From: Eledone cirrhosa | Lineage: Eukaryota | Reading direction: 5' to 3' | Assembly (NCBI GenBank): GCA_964016885.1 | Contig: OZ024740.1 | Coordinates: 329,034,001 to 329,098,000, forward strand | Length of the DNA: 64,000 nt | Shown: piece after piece, positions 1 through 13,800 of the stretch | Numbering within the stretch: the first letter of the stretch is position 1 | How the letters are laid out: each line of letters starts with the position of its first letter | The notes under the pieces: model-generated | The model's input: the letters and a program-made list of their open reading frames with translations, nothing else | Told to the model about the DNA's origin: nothing | Database searches by the model: none | Program-made: the position numbers and the translations under genes

Positions 1-1368
1 AGATACTTAATTGTATATCAATAATCATAGAGTTTTTGAAATAATCCGCGATGTTGTTCGCCAGGCAACAATAATCAAATTATTTATATATACTCACTCG
101 ATGAGACAAACTATTTTTTCTTGGATTAGTGTGAAGTTCTTAGATATAGACGGATGACAACAATTCACGAAGAAAGCAAAAGGGATTGATTGATAAAAAT
201 ACATAACTACCTACACCACGTGGTGGTTTCTAATGGACTACATTTTTCTATTGCAATTGCAGTCGCAAATGCAGAGTGAACTGTGATTACATAAGTGATC
301 CTAGTTTGATCACATTTCTGTCAATAGAACTATTCCCAGATGGAGCATGCTTGTTAAAATGCCGCTCCCAGTCCATTGTATTCACCCTGTTTCGCCCAGC
401 AGTCACTCACCTATAGAGGATGTCCCCGTAGCACTATCAAAGCGAGAACGAAAGCTCTCAACTAGTTTGTAAATAAATTCATAAACAAAGTGTGAAAAGA
501 GTTATACTCATACTGTTTTTGAAATTAACCAGGCCGCAACATAAATCGAATGAATTACAATTAATCCCCACTCAATGAGGCAAGAGATAGTTCTTGAATC
601 TGAGTGGATTCATTATATATATGTTATTTGAAATGTCGTCCTTACGTAAACAAACGAATGAATAGTCAAGCACATATAACTAATCGTTTTGAAAATCGGG
701 ATGCGTACCACCGATGACGGAAAATGTAGATGGATGTGCTAAGAAAGAATAGAAGTCTGCATCTCGCAGATGCTGGCGTATTTTGTTAAATATTACCCTA
801 ACGACTCACTGGCTATTAACTGTTTTATTTAGAAGATTTCAAGGCTATAGGCAGAATTGTTACTGGCTTAAGAACGAATTTGAAACAATGTTTGTGTCAC
901 ACGAAAAGTCAAATCTACCGAAATGATTCCGCCGACGGGCCTCGAAATGGAAGTCAACCGTTTTGTGTCTATTTTTACTAATATATGCACCATGCTGATT
1001 TATGCAGCATATTTTGCCCCGCTATTACAAGTTTGCTGTTATAAATATATTAACATTTTGTATTTGTTTATCAATTTAGAATGCTAGTCATTGGCAATTA
1101 AAAATAATTACTGTATTCGTAACACAATGTTTGAACATGTTGACGTTTTTCATTTAAAATCATTACAGAAGAAATAAAATGGAATAAAGTGGAATGATGA
1201 ATGGAATAGCATTCTGATTTATGCTTCAGAATGAGTTAATAGGTAAATAACTAAAGAATGGATTTTCAACAATACCGATGAAAAAGTTCTTAATATTCCT
1301 ACCGACTAAAAGGCAAATTACATTTTGCTCACGAGAATATGACATGTAGTAAAATAGAATATGTATGC

Positions 1369-1803
<435 letters not shown>

Positions 1804-4281
1804 CGCACGCATACGCGCTCACACATATATAAATATATATATACACATAATTTGTTAATGCAAAAAAGAAACCAAATAATGAAAGTTCAGAAACAAACAA
1901 AAATAATCAAAGAAAATGTTTTTGAAAGTGTGGGATTCAAAAGAATTCTGTCTTCAGAAAGGTTAGAGTATGATAAATCAACTTAAAAATAAATTCAAAA
2001 AAAGTAGAATAAACCATTAAGTGTAAGAGAGAGTGATAAAGATTGAACTGATGAGTTATATGGTTGATCAATAAATATATCACGCAGAAGAGCAATAATA
2101 AACGAATTCTTTCGACCAATAATCATAGTAATAGTTAGATAGAATAGGCAGAGCATTGCAACGTATATGGTGGTATTGATCGAAATCAAGCGATTGCTAG
2201 CGTACAAACTTTGTTCATCCTTCCAATGAATTTTCATTATAACTCGCAAAGATCTATGAGGAATATTTTAAGGAAACTACGATAATAGCGTATAAAATAC
2301 CGTTCAGTTTAAGTAGTTTTGGGGAATAGCTGATATATCTTTTATAATAAAATAAAAAAAAGTCTTCCAGATTACATTTAACTACAATAAGGATGTGGAT
2401 ATAGATGGAATGTGAAAAGACCCGCTACTTAAAAAAAATACGCCTGAGAGAAATTAAATCCCAAAAGCAGAAAATCATTCATAAAAAAATCAATCCTGAT
2501 ATCAGAACATAGCGAAAACGATTGAACAAGAATCGAAAAGCACGTTAATATCATGGCATTACACTGCTCGTTTTCCAGTCGAAAACATATAGGTTCTTTG
2601 TGCTCTGTAAAAAGTAAAAGGAAAAGAAGTTAATCTTAATATTATCACTGGTGTCTTGAACCAAATCATGTATTTTCAGCCAATCTATATATCCACCTTA
2701 ATGCATAGTTATTTCTTCTATATCTTACTACTGAATCGATGTTTAACTACAACTATTATATCTAACCTTTAATCTACGTACATTCTTGAATTTGTGTTTA
2801 AATCGAATGGATATTAATCCTATTCCCCACTCTTACAGTGAATGCAGTATGACTCATCAACTCTTACAAATGATTGTTGACTTACACATACCAGACTAAA
2901 TGTATTTTAATGTTGCATACGTTCACATTTCACTGACGAATATATTCATTAATATTTCTATAAAATACATTATTTTATATATGCATTCGCTTGAATCGAA
3001 CATCAGGAAATAAGCTCCTAGTAGAGGTTTGGACAATCTCGCTCTTATTCTGTATCGGTAGAGATTATGTGTATAATAACATATGCTTCTTAGTGTTTGG
3101 CGAAGATTTAAAAAAAAAATCGAAACCCAAAACTAACAATATGGCATAGTAATTGACATTTACTATAAATCAAGACACTTCGTTCAGAGTAAATATAATC
3201 TAAGTGAATGTTTCTTGTAAATGAATGCAAATTGTAAACAAAGATAAATAGTAAGAATGTGTGACGCATGAGAGAGAAATGCATCAAACATTGAAGAGAA
3301 TTCCGTAATTAACAGGTTCGTATGATTACCAAACAAATACTATATTTCCATGTAGTGGATTTGTGACAGATCTACCCGACTTTCAGCTCAATTTCGTGGA
3401 TTGTTCGAGATGTAATTCTTGGAAACAAACATAACACATTGCCGTTGAAAGACGGTGAACAGCTGATCGTACCTACGTACTTATATCTATCTTAGATATT
3501 AGATAAAATACACAAACTTCGTCTTAGTTCATCGATAAATTAATTATAATATAATTCACAAGAGTGTAGATAAGTTCGATATAAAACACTTTCAATTATA
3601 ATGAATAAATGGAAGAATTACTGAAATCTGTAATAAAATGTAATAAAGCGAATACAAACATACGCCTACATAGATTTGGCCAAACCAGTAATGGACATTT
3701 CACATACACATAAACACACTTTTGCATATATCTTGCACATATCAATGTAATCGAACTTGTCGAACTCGTCTACATACAGTCAAATTTTATATGGCTTTGT
3801 TCTTGAATAATTTACTACTTTAAATTTGAAATAAATTTATTCATTAGCGTAATTGTTTTCACGTATGAATCAGCAAGTTGTATATTAGAGAGATCGGTTC
3901 CAAGAAAATGCAATTTGTTAGTTATTGAATATTTTCCGTATTGATTCTGATGCTGTTAGTGTAATTGTCTATTTTTGCAACTGCATTATCAAAAGGATTG
4001 GTATAATTCATTAACCAACAACGCTAAAATTCAGGCTGTAAAATTCTATATTCATATTTGTTTATTTGTTAATAAACGTATACAAAGGTACAAAATATGC
4101 GTATTCATAAAAGCCAAAGAAAATTTAAAATGTATATTTATGGTTAGGAAATCGTATAAAGAAAGATGCTTCTTGGAAAATCATTTTAGAATTAAACACA
4201 TACACACACATATAAACACACAAAACACAGACATATGGGCATACAGAGCCATACACATATATATACATACATAAAAACATA

Positions 4282-4332
<51 letters not shown>

Positions 4333-5151
4333 GTATATGTATGTATGTTTGTGTGTGTAAATATTGCTAGACAAAGCGTCAGAAAATGCTACTTGTATTT
4401 TTTAATCTAAAACTTGTATACTACAGTGCAAATGTTTGAGCATCTTAACCCGATCCCGACTTGATGTAATATTCCACAAGGCTCACATTGTTTGACTATA
4501 TTACTGTTAATTACAAAAATAGGTGTACGCGAATTATAATGAGAAGAGAATTTATGAGCCAAACACTATAAATGTTTTAATTACATTACTGACACACCAG
4601 GTTTGGATAATGGAATTCTGTAAACCATGACTGTAGATTGTATGCGTAAATTCATATGCAATCAGATTAAGATTATATACATACGTTAGACCGTCGTAAG
4701 TCTGTCCCTTATTTTTCTACACAGCCACATTAATGTTTATGTTCACAGTAACATTTTATATAGAAAAGCAGATTTTAAGAATCTATATCGTATTCATGTA
4801 ATCTAAATTTGTTTACATTTGTTGTCACATCTTATATCTACTGCTGTATCCTAAGGCCAACCTTAGTATCCAAAACAAACAATACTGGCGCGTCACTACT
4901 ATATTTGATAAAATTAGCTGCTAAGAATGTTTAATATTGAAATCAATAAACCTTATGTTTATAAACAACTCACTTGATGGTAGTAGTTTGAATAAAACTT
5001 CACAATGATTTGTGGGAAAGCATTTGCTGAAGATAGCGTAAGGACGCTAGAAATTATAGTCCGGCTGATCCCTCTCTTTCTGTTCACAGTAAGTTTGGGA
5101 AAGGCAGCCATTAGAGTATCTTACATATTCATGTAATATTATTTCATATCC

Positions 5152-5735
5152 ACGGTGGTGGATTGGCAGTATCGGTAGAGGGTCTCTACGCCATGCTTTG
5201 ACGCATAGAGTTACGATCCTTGACATTCTGAGTTCAAATCCCGCCGAAGGTAACTTTGCCGTTCATCCTTACGGGGTCGATAAAATAAATTACCAGTAAT
5301 GCACTGGATAATTGCTGGCCTTGTGCCAAAACTAGAAACAATTATAAGGGCGGTGGATTGGCAGTATCGGTAGAGAGTCGGACGCCATGCTTTCCAGCAT
5401 AGTTACGTCCCTTTACGGTCTGAGTTCAAATCCCGCCGAGGTTCACTTTGCATTTCATCCTTACGGGGTCGATAACATAAATTACCAGTAATGTACTGGG
5501 TAATTGCTGGCCTTGTGCCAAAAGTAGAAACGTTATTTTATATCCACGGTGGATTGGCAGTATCGGTAGAAGGTCAGACGCCATGCTTTGAAGCATAGAG
5601 TTACGCCCCTTATGATCTGAGTTCAAATCTCGCCGAGGTTAACTTTGCCTTTCATCCTTACGGGGTCGATAAAATAAAGTACCAGTAATGTACTGGGTAA
5701 TTTGCTGGCCTTGTGCCAAAAGTAGAAACAATTAT
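5152..5735 (+). mobile_element. Three tandem copies (~190 bp) of a tRNA-derived SINE with Nin/Deu-like central domain
   Basis: Units at ~5152, 5348 and 5546. Each has an A-box-like TGGCAGTATCGG, B-box GAGTTCAAATC, central TTTCATCCTTACGGGGTCGATAAAATAAAGTACCAG and tail TGCTGGCCTTGTGCCAAAAGTAGAAAC. Confidence 0.85.
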
Positions 5736-6576
5736 TTCATATCCACGTATGTTGACGGCTAAAATATATAGCCTTGACATTACGTTCTTAACATTTTCTA
5801 TAAATATACATATATATGAAAAATGTGCAATATTTACAAAAAAAAAAAAAGAAATCAATAATGTATGAATGAAAGACTGCAAGGAAAATTGCTTTAGGTG
5901 TCTGAAAGCTATAAAACCTTTAAACGGAGTGAGATACAATCTATGTTTCATTCTGAATGTTTGAAATATTCCTGGATTCAGCTCTCTGAGGCAACAAATT
6001 CATTTGGGTAGGGAGTATATCTATGCGTGCTTGCAACAGCCCAGCACCTTAAAATTTTCAATCAATAAATTAATGTTATTTAATATAATGATACAGTTAT
6101 CATCTATACAACTTTCATTCACGTGTTCAGTAAGAGAAATCTTATTTGTATCTAACAGTAAGGTAATATCCTAACATTCACATGTAATATGATTAAAGTA
6201 GACTTTAATTCATAAAACAATTTTACTAAAACATTTAATGAGGCAATTTTCTAAATATAATTAATTCGTGACTATTCAAATTCTGTGAGATTAAAAGTCC
6301 GTCGTCTCTAGAAATAATATATATTCCAATAATTTTGTATAATTTTGCTTAATATAATCTATAAAATAAACAAAGTGTCAGGGACGTTAGCGTGTTGTTA
6401 ATAAAGGTAAAAATATTTACTTATTTGTATATTACCTTAAATTTACATAGAAGCCCTTAACAAAAATGTAATGAAAATGTTATTTGAATAAGATTTCTAT
6501 TTCCCTCTCTCTATTTTACAGAATTGTGATAGTGTGTTTCAATAAGTTTTAATGTTCACAAGAAATATTGTCTGAC

Positions 6577-6698
6577 ATAATTGTTTCTACTTTTGGCACA
6601 AGCCAGCAATTATCTCAGTGTATTACTGGTACTTTATTTTATCGACCCCGTAAGGATGAAAGGCAAAGTTAACCTCGGCGGGATTTGAACTCAGATCA
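6577..6698 (-). mobile_element. 5'-truncated copy of the same SINE
   Basis: Reverse complement of the B-box, central domain and tail of the 5152-5735 units. Confidence 0.8.
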
Positions 6699-8798
6699 TT
6701 GTCTGAAATAATAGTCATCAATTTAAGATTATAAAATACTATTACCTAATATTTACCTATTTATTTTTTCGATGAATCATAGATATTATAACATGTTATG
6801 GAAAAACACACTTAAGGTAAGTTATTTCGTTGTAAAAACGATACGGAGGCGAATTACACACATCTGTCCCAAAGACATATTAAACAACAATAACATAGAC
6901 TTTTCTATTACCTGTAATTTCCCTATTTCAAAATTGAGAATGGTTCTTAAGTACGCTTTTATCATCATTCTTTTTCGCCAAGTTTATTTGCACGTGGTTT
7001 TAAAAGAAACATCTTTGATGGCATTTAAATTTAAAGTAGGAAATATTGGTAATTTACCCTCAAAATTGCATGGTAGCACTGCTTCGAATTCATGCTGTAA
7101 ATGAAGCAAATATTTCATTATGTGTTAAGGTTAAAGTGAAAGTTTTATATTTTGGGCTATTAAAACCACGATTCAATATACGTAAATAATGTACCGTCAA
7201 ATAGATGACTCCAGAACCATTCCATGGATAAGAATAACAAGTATCTTATCACCACTTTGAAGGATCCTGTAGGCGAAAAGGACATCGAAGTTTATAAATA
7301 GGCAATCATTTTATATTTTCGAAAATATGTACATAATCTTGTTTTCCCTTGAACAATTAAATCTCTTTATACTCATTAAATAACATTTAGATTATCAACC
7401 AATAATTTACATTAGTTCTATTTCAACCATCCACCATTTTAAGACAGTTGACTATTTCAAATTGATATTAACTTTTCTAATCCATCTTTCAGAATTGTTC
7501 GAAGATCAGAAACGAAAACAAAAACCTATATAAGGATGTATGATGTTTCAGAATCCAATGAATTCTAAAACGTTGCACTTACTATTGTTAACATATAGAT
7601 ACATACATATACAGACATACACACAGAAACATTAATGTGCCCACACCTACATACACTTAAATACGCACACGCATATATACACATATGTAAGCACATATAT
7701 AAGCCCATATATGAGATTAGAGATGAAGGAGCAAATACCAAATATAAATAATATGTGTCCAATCTCATTTTCACTGAAAGTTAAATGTGATATGAAATGT
7801 CAACCAATTGAATGTGAAGTGCTAGTGCGACTGGCGTAGAATGAGCATGAGAGTGAGTGGTGTAATTTGACAGTATTGCAAAGAGTAACACCACTAACCT
7901 CACCAAGAAGAACAACAGCAATAATAAAGAGAATATCAACAGTGAATTGTCATTGTGAATAATGAATGTTATGTTCTGGAAACCAGTTTGCTATGAGTCA
8001 TTGCATTCGTCTGGCCTCACTAAAAAAATTCGATTTTTCTGTGAATTATCATAGAATAATAGATGAGTGTAGCGGGCAAATAGAAATGACCTTTCCAATA
8101 AAATAGTCTTTAACAGAAAATGTACTTAGCAGCATGTTGAACATCATCGTTATAACGAGCAAACAATACTTCATTTCTCTCCATTCTTTTTCTCAGTCCA
8201 TTTCCGTCTTTATCAGTATCTATCTCGCTATCTCTTTTCATAATTCTGCTTTCCGTTCTGCTATTTAATGTGTAATACCTCTTTCTTTCCTTCTTTCGTT
8301 TCATTCATTCATTCCTTTATTCTTTCTTTCCGTTTTCTTCCCGTCTTCTTTCAATCTAATGTAATTATCTTTTATCTTCATATTTTTTACCTCACATATT
8401 TTTCAATATATATATATATATTGTTCTAGTTTGCTTCTTTCCTTTCTCTTATACTTTATACCATCCAACAAGAATGTGTACATTTTTGTCTGTATAGAAT
8501 TTAGAGGAGATGAAATTAAATATATTAAAAAATAACCTTCTATTTGTTTATATATGTCGATGTTATCTCTTTATATTTCTTATATTTCATCATCCGAACG
8601 AAATATAGAAATATATTAAATATATGAAACAAAATAATAGAACAATACCTTACTAAAATAACCGTTTATTTATATTTCGTGGTTCAATGTAGTTTTTCAA
8701 TGTGGAACAAAAAAAGTAAAATATAGAAGTATAAAGAAATAATAATTTTAGTTTGAAACATTTCGAACGCCAAGCACAGAAATATATATAAGCACTTA

Positions 8799-9712
8799 TC
8801 TATATATATAAAACTGTGGTTGTCTGTCTGTCTATCGATTTTTGGCACACATCTCCTCTTAGAATCTCTCACGGAATTGCACCGAAATTGCTATACTTGT
8901 ACATTGAGCCCTAGCGAAGACATCGGAAAAAAAAATTTCAAATTGACCCACCCTATGTGACGAAATCGAATATAATGTATCGATTTTTGAGCGTAAGTGA
9001 TCAGTTATTTCCCTTTGTTCTGTTTACATTGAGCGTCTTACGTAAAAAATTACGCTGGCTTTCTCAGCGTTTAAAATGACATTAACACAATACACGAACA
9101 GACAGTTGTCGAGCCAGCAAAATATTGACCTGCAAAATTCATCAGTTCGAACACTAAGCTTCCGTTTTGCTTCATTTCCATTTAAAAGCATTTTAAAACA
9201 ATATTTTTACTTGAAAACAAGTCTATTTAAAGACTACGTAAAACAAACAAATATTTCGTCGTTAGGCGTGCAGACAGACAGTCGTGCAGACAGACAGTCG
9301 TGCAGAGAGGTGATATAGGCGTGCAGACAGACAGTCGTGCAGAGAGGTGATATAGGCGTGCAGACAGACAGTCGTGCAGAGAGGTGATATAGGCGTGCAG
9401 ACAGACATAACTGATAATTTGGTTACGCTAATGTTTTTCTCTGCGTTGCAGTGTTTACATTTTCGATCTTTGTTAATAAATAACCAGTGCAGTTTTTATC
9501 CCCAGCATCCTCTTTTGTTATAACATTCGGGTTATCGTTATGTTTTCTTAACTTCATAAGGCATATTGTTGGTTGAGGGAATATTAATCAAAAACACCAC
9601 ATGCAAGTCTGCACAGTAGACACTACAGTTTTTAAGCCAAAAAAGAAACTTAACATTGTAACTTTAACACAGCTACTGAGCGACCCCGAGCAACGCCGGG
9701 CTTTACTGCTAG
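8799..9712 (+). mobile_element. Non-autonomous Helitron
   Basis: 5' A|TCTATATATATAAAA, 3' subterminal hairpin CCCGAGCAACGCCGGG (9685-9700) followed by CTAG|T. Inserted between A and T with no TSD. Confidence 0.88.
9262..9407 (+). repeat. 37-bp minisatellite inside the Helitron
   Basis: TAGGCGTGCAGACAGACAGTCGTGCAGAGAGGTGATA recurring at 9316, 9353 and 9390, plus a variant unit at 9262. Confidence 0.92.
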
Positions 9713-10339
9713 TGTATGATAAATGCATATAGGCACATAATCAAAAATATATATATATACGTTGTATGGTTTAACTAATAGATAGTTGCGGTTGTGATCC
9801 AACTATTCCGATCAGCAGACAGGTGTGGTGCATCTTCCATCACAGATGTGATAACACGTGGGTGTTAGCGGAACGGAATTAAATACATCAATAAAAAAAA
9901 ACCTGTGATGTTCAAATACCTTTAACTTCTTTTTTCTTGCATAGTATGTATTTCTCTGACTAATTGATCAGGTAATCAGACCATGTAGCAATACATCGGT
10001 GATGTTAACAGATGGCATGGGCATAATACATTCTTTTAAATATCTTTATTGACAGTAATAATACTAACTCGGCTGCCGCCTTATACTTCATTCTTTGTCT
10101 TTTGCTCCTAATTTTGATGCAACTCAGTAAAGATTATTTAACTAAATCTAGTATGTTCATGTCACCTGTTAACGTTGTCGATTTTATTGCGTCATGGTCT
10201 GATTACGCAATCAATACGTATTGAAATACGTATTACGCAACAATATTCGAATTATTAGAATCCGGCCTACATATATGTTTTCTTGACTATATATATACAC
10301 GCACATAAAGTACACCCTACTGCTTAACTCCCTTCGCTC

Positions 10340-10855
10340 TAAGTTGGGCAGCTTTCAACAAGAACAAGGAAATACTAACATCAAAATGAGTTTCCTATCC
10401 TTTGAAGGCTAAGATCTTTGATACTTATATCCTACCATATGGTATTGACTGTGTTATTGGACGACAAGGTCACACCAGAAGCTCTCTACATTCCAGAACC
10501 ACATCATAGACTTTTGACTGGCAAGCAGCTCAGCGACCGTATCTGTATCAGTGAGCTGCTCAACATTACCAAATTTAGAACAATTACATCCATTGTCAAG
10601 TCAAGAGTACTTAAACTATACGGTCATATAAAAAGATCAAATCGTGGTGTGGGTAGGTTATGCCTGGAAGGAATGCTGGCTGGTAAGAGAAGCAGAAGCC
10701 GACAGCCAAAACGATGGCTTGATAATGTCAACGTATGGACTGGACTTGATCTTTGCTCTTTAAACCCTGCTGCTAGTGATCGAACTTTGTGGAGAAGACT
10801 ATCTCATGTTAATGCGCATTCTGCAACTGGCGATGTTTAGCGTCACAAGAAGAAA
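10340..10855 (+). mobile_element. Degenerate RTE-clade LINE 3' ORF fragment
   Basis: ORF 10418-10840 contains LKLYGHIKR...LEGMLAGKRSRSRQPKRWLDNV...DRTLWR, matching the RTE C-terminal L.W.GH..R / G.R..GRP..RW pattern. Confidence 0.8.
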
Positions 10856-13800
10856 ACGTACATAAAAATTCAAGGAAAACAATGCTCAATCTATTGCAAG
10901 ATGCAAGAGAGCTTATTTAATATGAATAATGTTTCATACTATTAACATGTATGTGCAACCATTGGTTACTGGATCAAGGTATGGCCACCACTATATTGTG
11001 GAGGAGGCTCTTCTAAACTGGCCTCTCATCGGTATTTCTGTCCGATGAGGGGCCAGGTTAAAAGAGCCACCTCCACTATATAGTGTTGGGCATAACTGGA
11101 CACCCAAACCAATTGTCGCATAAACATGTTAAGTGTATGAAACTTGTGTGTGTGTGTGTGTGTGTGTTCGTGTGTATGTATGTATGCGTGTGTGGATGTC
11201 TGTATGTGAGTGATCGTGTGTTCATGCATGTGTGTCTGTATCTATATTTATGTGTGCAGAAGGAAATTTATATCTCGATTTCGGGAATATATGAAAAGAT
11301 TTGCTGCGTGTGAAAGCAATTCTGGTTACAAATACACTGCAGAATACATTGTTTATAATACTGTGTACAATTGTGTGTCCAATAACGAATTCACATGTAC
11401 TTAAGATGGTGAGAAATAAAATTAATGACTTATATATATTTGTTCACACATTATGTTAGTGTAAATGCGAGGAGATTTAGGTACTTGCCTTTCAAATATG
11501 TCAAAAGACCTTTCACCGATACCAACATACAGGTAGTTCGGTCACGTCTCGAGTTAATTGATAGTTCAACGATACCAATGCTACCATGCCCACTACTAAG
11601 GATATCATTGAATGAGAGAGAGAGATAGAGAGGGGGGAGATATTGAGAGAGAAAGGGGGGGGAGAAATAGAGAGAGGGAGAGAAAAAGTAGGGAGACTGA
11701 TGTGACTGGAGAGGTTGAGAGCAATAGAAATAAAGGGAGTCTATATTAAAACAAAGACCTGTTTTGGTTGAAATGATGAGGGTGTTGGTAAGTTAAATGC
11801 TACAAAAACTTTCTACACGACGCTATGCATGATATATTTAAAGCTCTTCAACTAGAGAAACAGATTTAGAAAAACACACTGGCTGGCGCTTACGCGTCGT
11901 TTTAAAACTTCGATATTTTCATGATATTAGTGGCTAGATAATTAAGTTCACCTTTCTCCTTTGTGGAATTTACGGAAATATAATTATTTCTCAGTTATTC
12001 AATATCATAATGGACAGAAATATATCATTAGAATTATCTAGACACTTTATCAATTTTGTAACGTTATTATAGGGAGAGGGAGAGAGGAAGAGAGATAGTG
12101 GGTGATTGTTAATGTTATTAGTTTTAAATTGGCGTCGTAATTCTTCTTTATCTTTCATCACTATGCATTGAGAAGCAAAGATGGAAACGAGGATTGTGTG
12201 AAACACGGGAATAAAATAAAAGAATGTAGAAAAGCAAGAAACTGTTAAGGTGAATAAAGACAATCATTTTAAAACAATGAAGAATTCAAGGAAAGGGAAA
12301 AGTTGAAGAGAAAAGTTTACTGATAATAGAAGACACTTTAAATGAAAGAATGAAGCGCGAAAACTAAAGTGTGAATACGAAAGATACAATAGCATAGAGA
12401 ATAATAGAATAATAGAGATATTAATATTATGCAAATGAAATGAACATGGCATATTTTATCGCAAATCTCTATATAGTGTGTTATGGATTTTGCCATGTGC
12501 ATTCTGAATATGAATATATATTAAACATTCTCTAAACGTAGCAGAATTAAACAAGCTTTAGACGACCAGATAATAAATCTGGATTTGAAGTTTGTTGCAG
12601 TTGTTTGCATATTTGTTTACGTTGAAAATATTATTTTGACAACGTTTACAAAGCTACTGAGATCAAGTTATCTAGAAATTTTCTGCATATATTAAAAGAA
12701 ATAGATGAGCCTCAAATTTAGTGGAAGATATGTATCGACCCCTTTGAACAGTGAAACAATGGCATGCTAATTTGTTATATACATCCTCAAGAAACACGAG
12801 TTTAATTCTGCATTTAAATTTGGCTTCAATGCATATTTTCATATTTGATTAGATCACTTCATCTCTAATGAAGTTTCCTTTGTTTTGCTGGAAAGTAACG
12901 CCGAAGAAGGCTAAATGTGAAACTTGACTTCAATGCTCAAAATAATATTCTTGACACAATACGAATATATTTCTTCTGAATTGAAAGATCCCCTCTCTAT
13001 GTTTGGTTCTACCTCCCTTCATAACTTAATTCTGATCGATTTTCTATAAAATTGTCCCACATTTTCACAAGTAGAATTAAATAGAGAAACATCTTTATTT
13101 CCAGCAACAAAACTAATTGTGGATTGACATATAGCTAGATGATCTATCCTAGCTTGCTTGTATAAAACACCACTTTTCGGTGTTAAAACTTTGCTGTGAT
13201 GTATCTTAGATTATTCTCATAATTGTTGACTTCATAGAAGAAATACAAGTTATATACTATGATTGATGGGATACACCTGATTTTCAAACGAATAATTGCA
13301 AACATTTGCAAACACCTATTTGGTAAATATGTATGTTATATATATAATTTATAACAATATATTGTGATAGTCAAATTTGGTACGAGGAAGTTTTATTTTA
13401 CTTCACATCTCAAAAAGAAATAATTGTCTAACCAATTGTGTTTCAAGCATAAAAACCATGGTTTCAATTTCTTTTGTATGCGATTGATTCGATGGTTTAT
13501 TTGAATCAACATTCTCGTATTTAGATGGATTGCATAACATCAAAGAGATATTAACTGGTATAGAATTTGCTATTCAGAAACATCATGGTAAATTTTCCCC
13601 CTGAGCCAATTTAAATGTGACAGCCTTCTTGTATCAACGTCACTACAGCTTTAATTTGAAGAACTGAAGTAATTATAACACGAAACTGAAACAAACGTTA
13701 TACAAATTGAAGATATGTGCTTCTTAACAGTGAAAACAAAACAAATACATTACCTGAAGCAATGAAGAATCCATCCTGAAATCGTTCTCTTTCATACTTT

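Noticed and set aside
9262-9407. 37-bp repeats as a CRISPR array
   Set aside because: Head-to-tail with no unique spacers, inside a eukaryotic Helitron.
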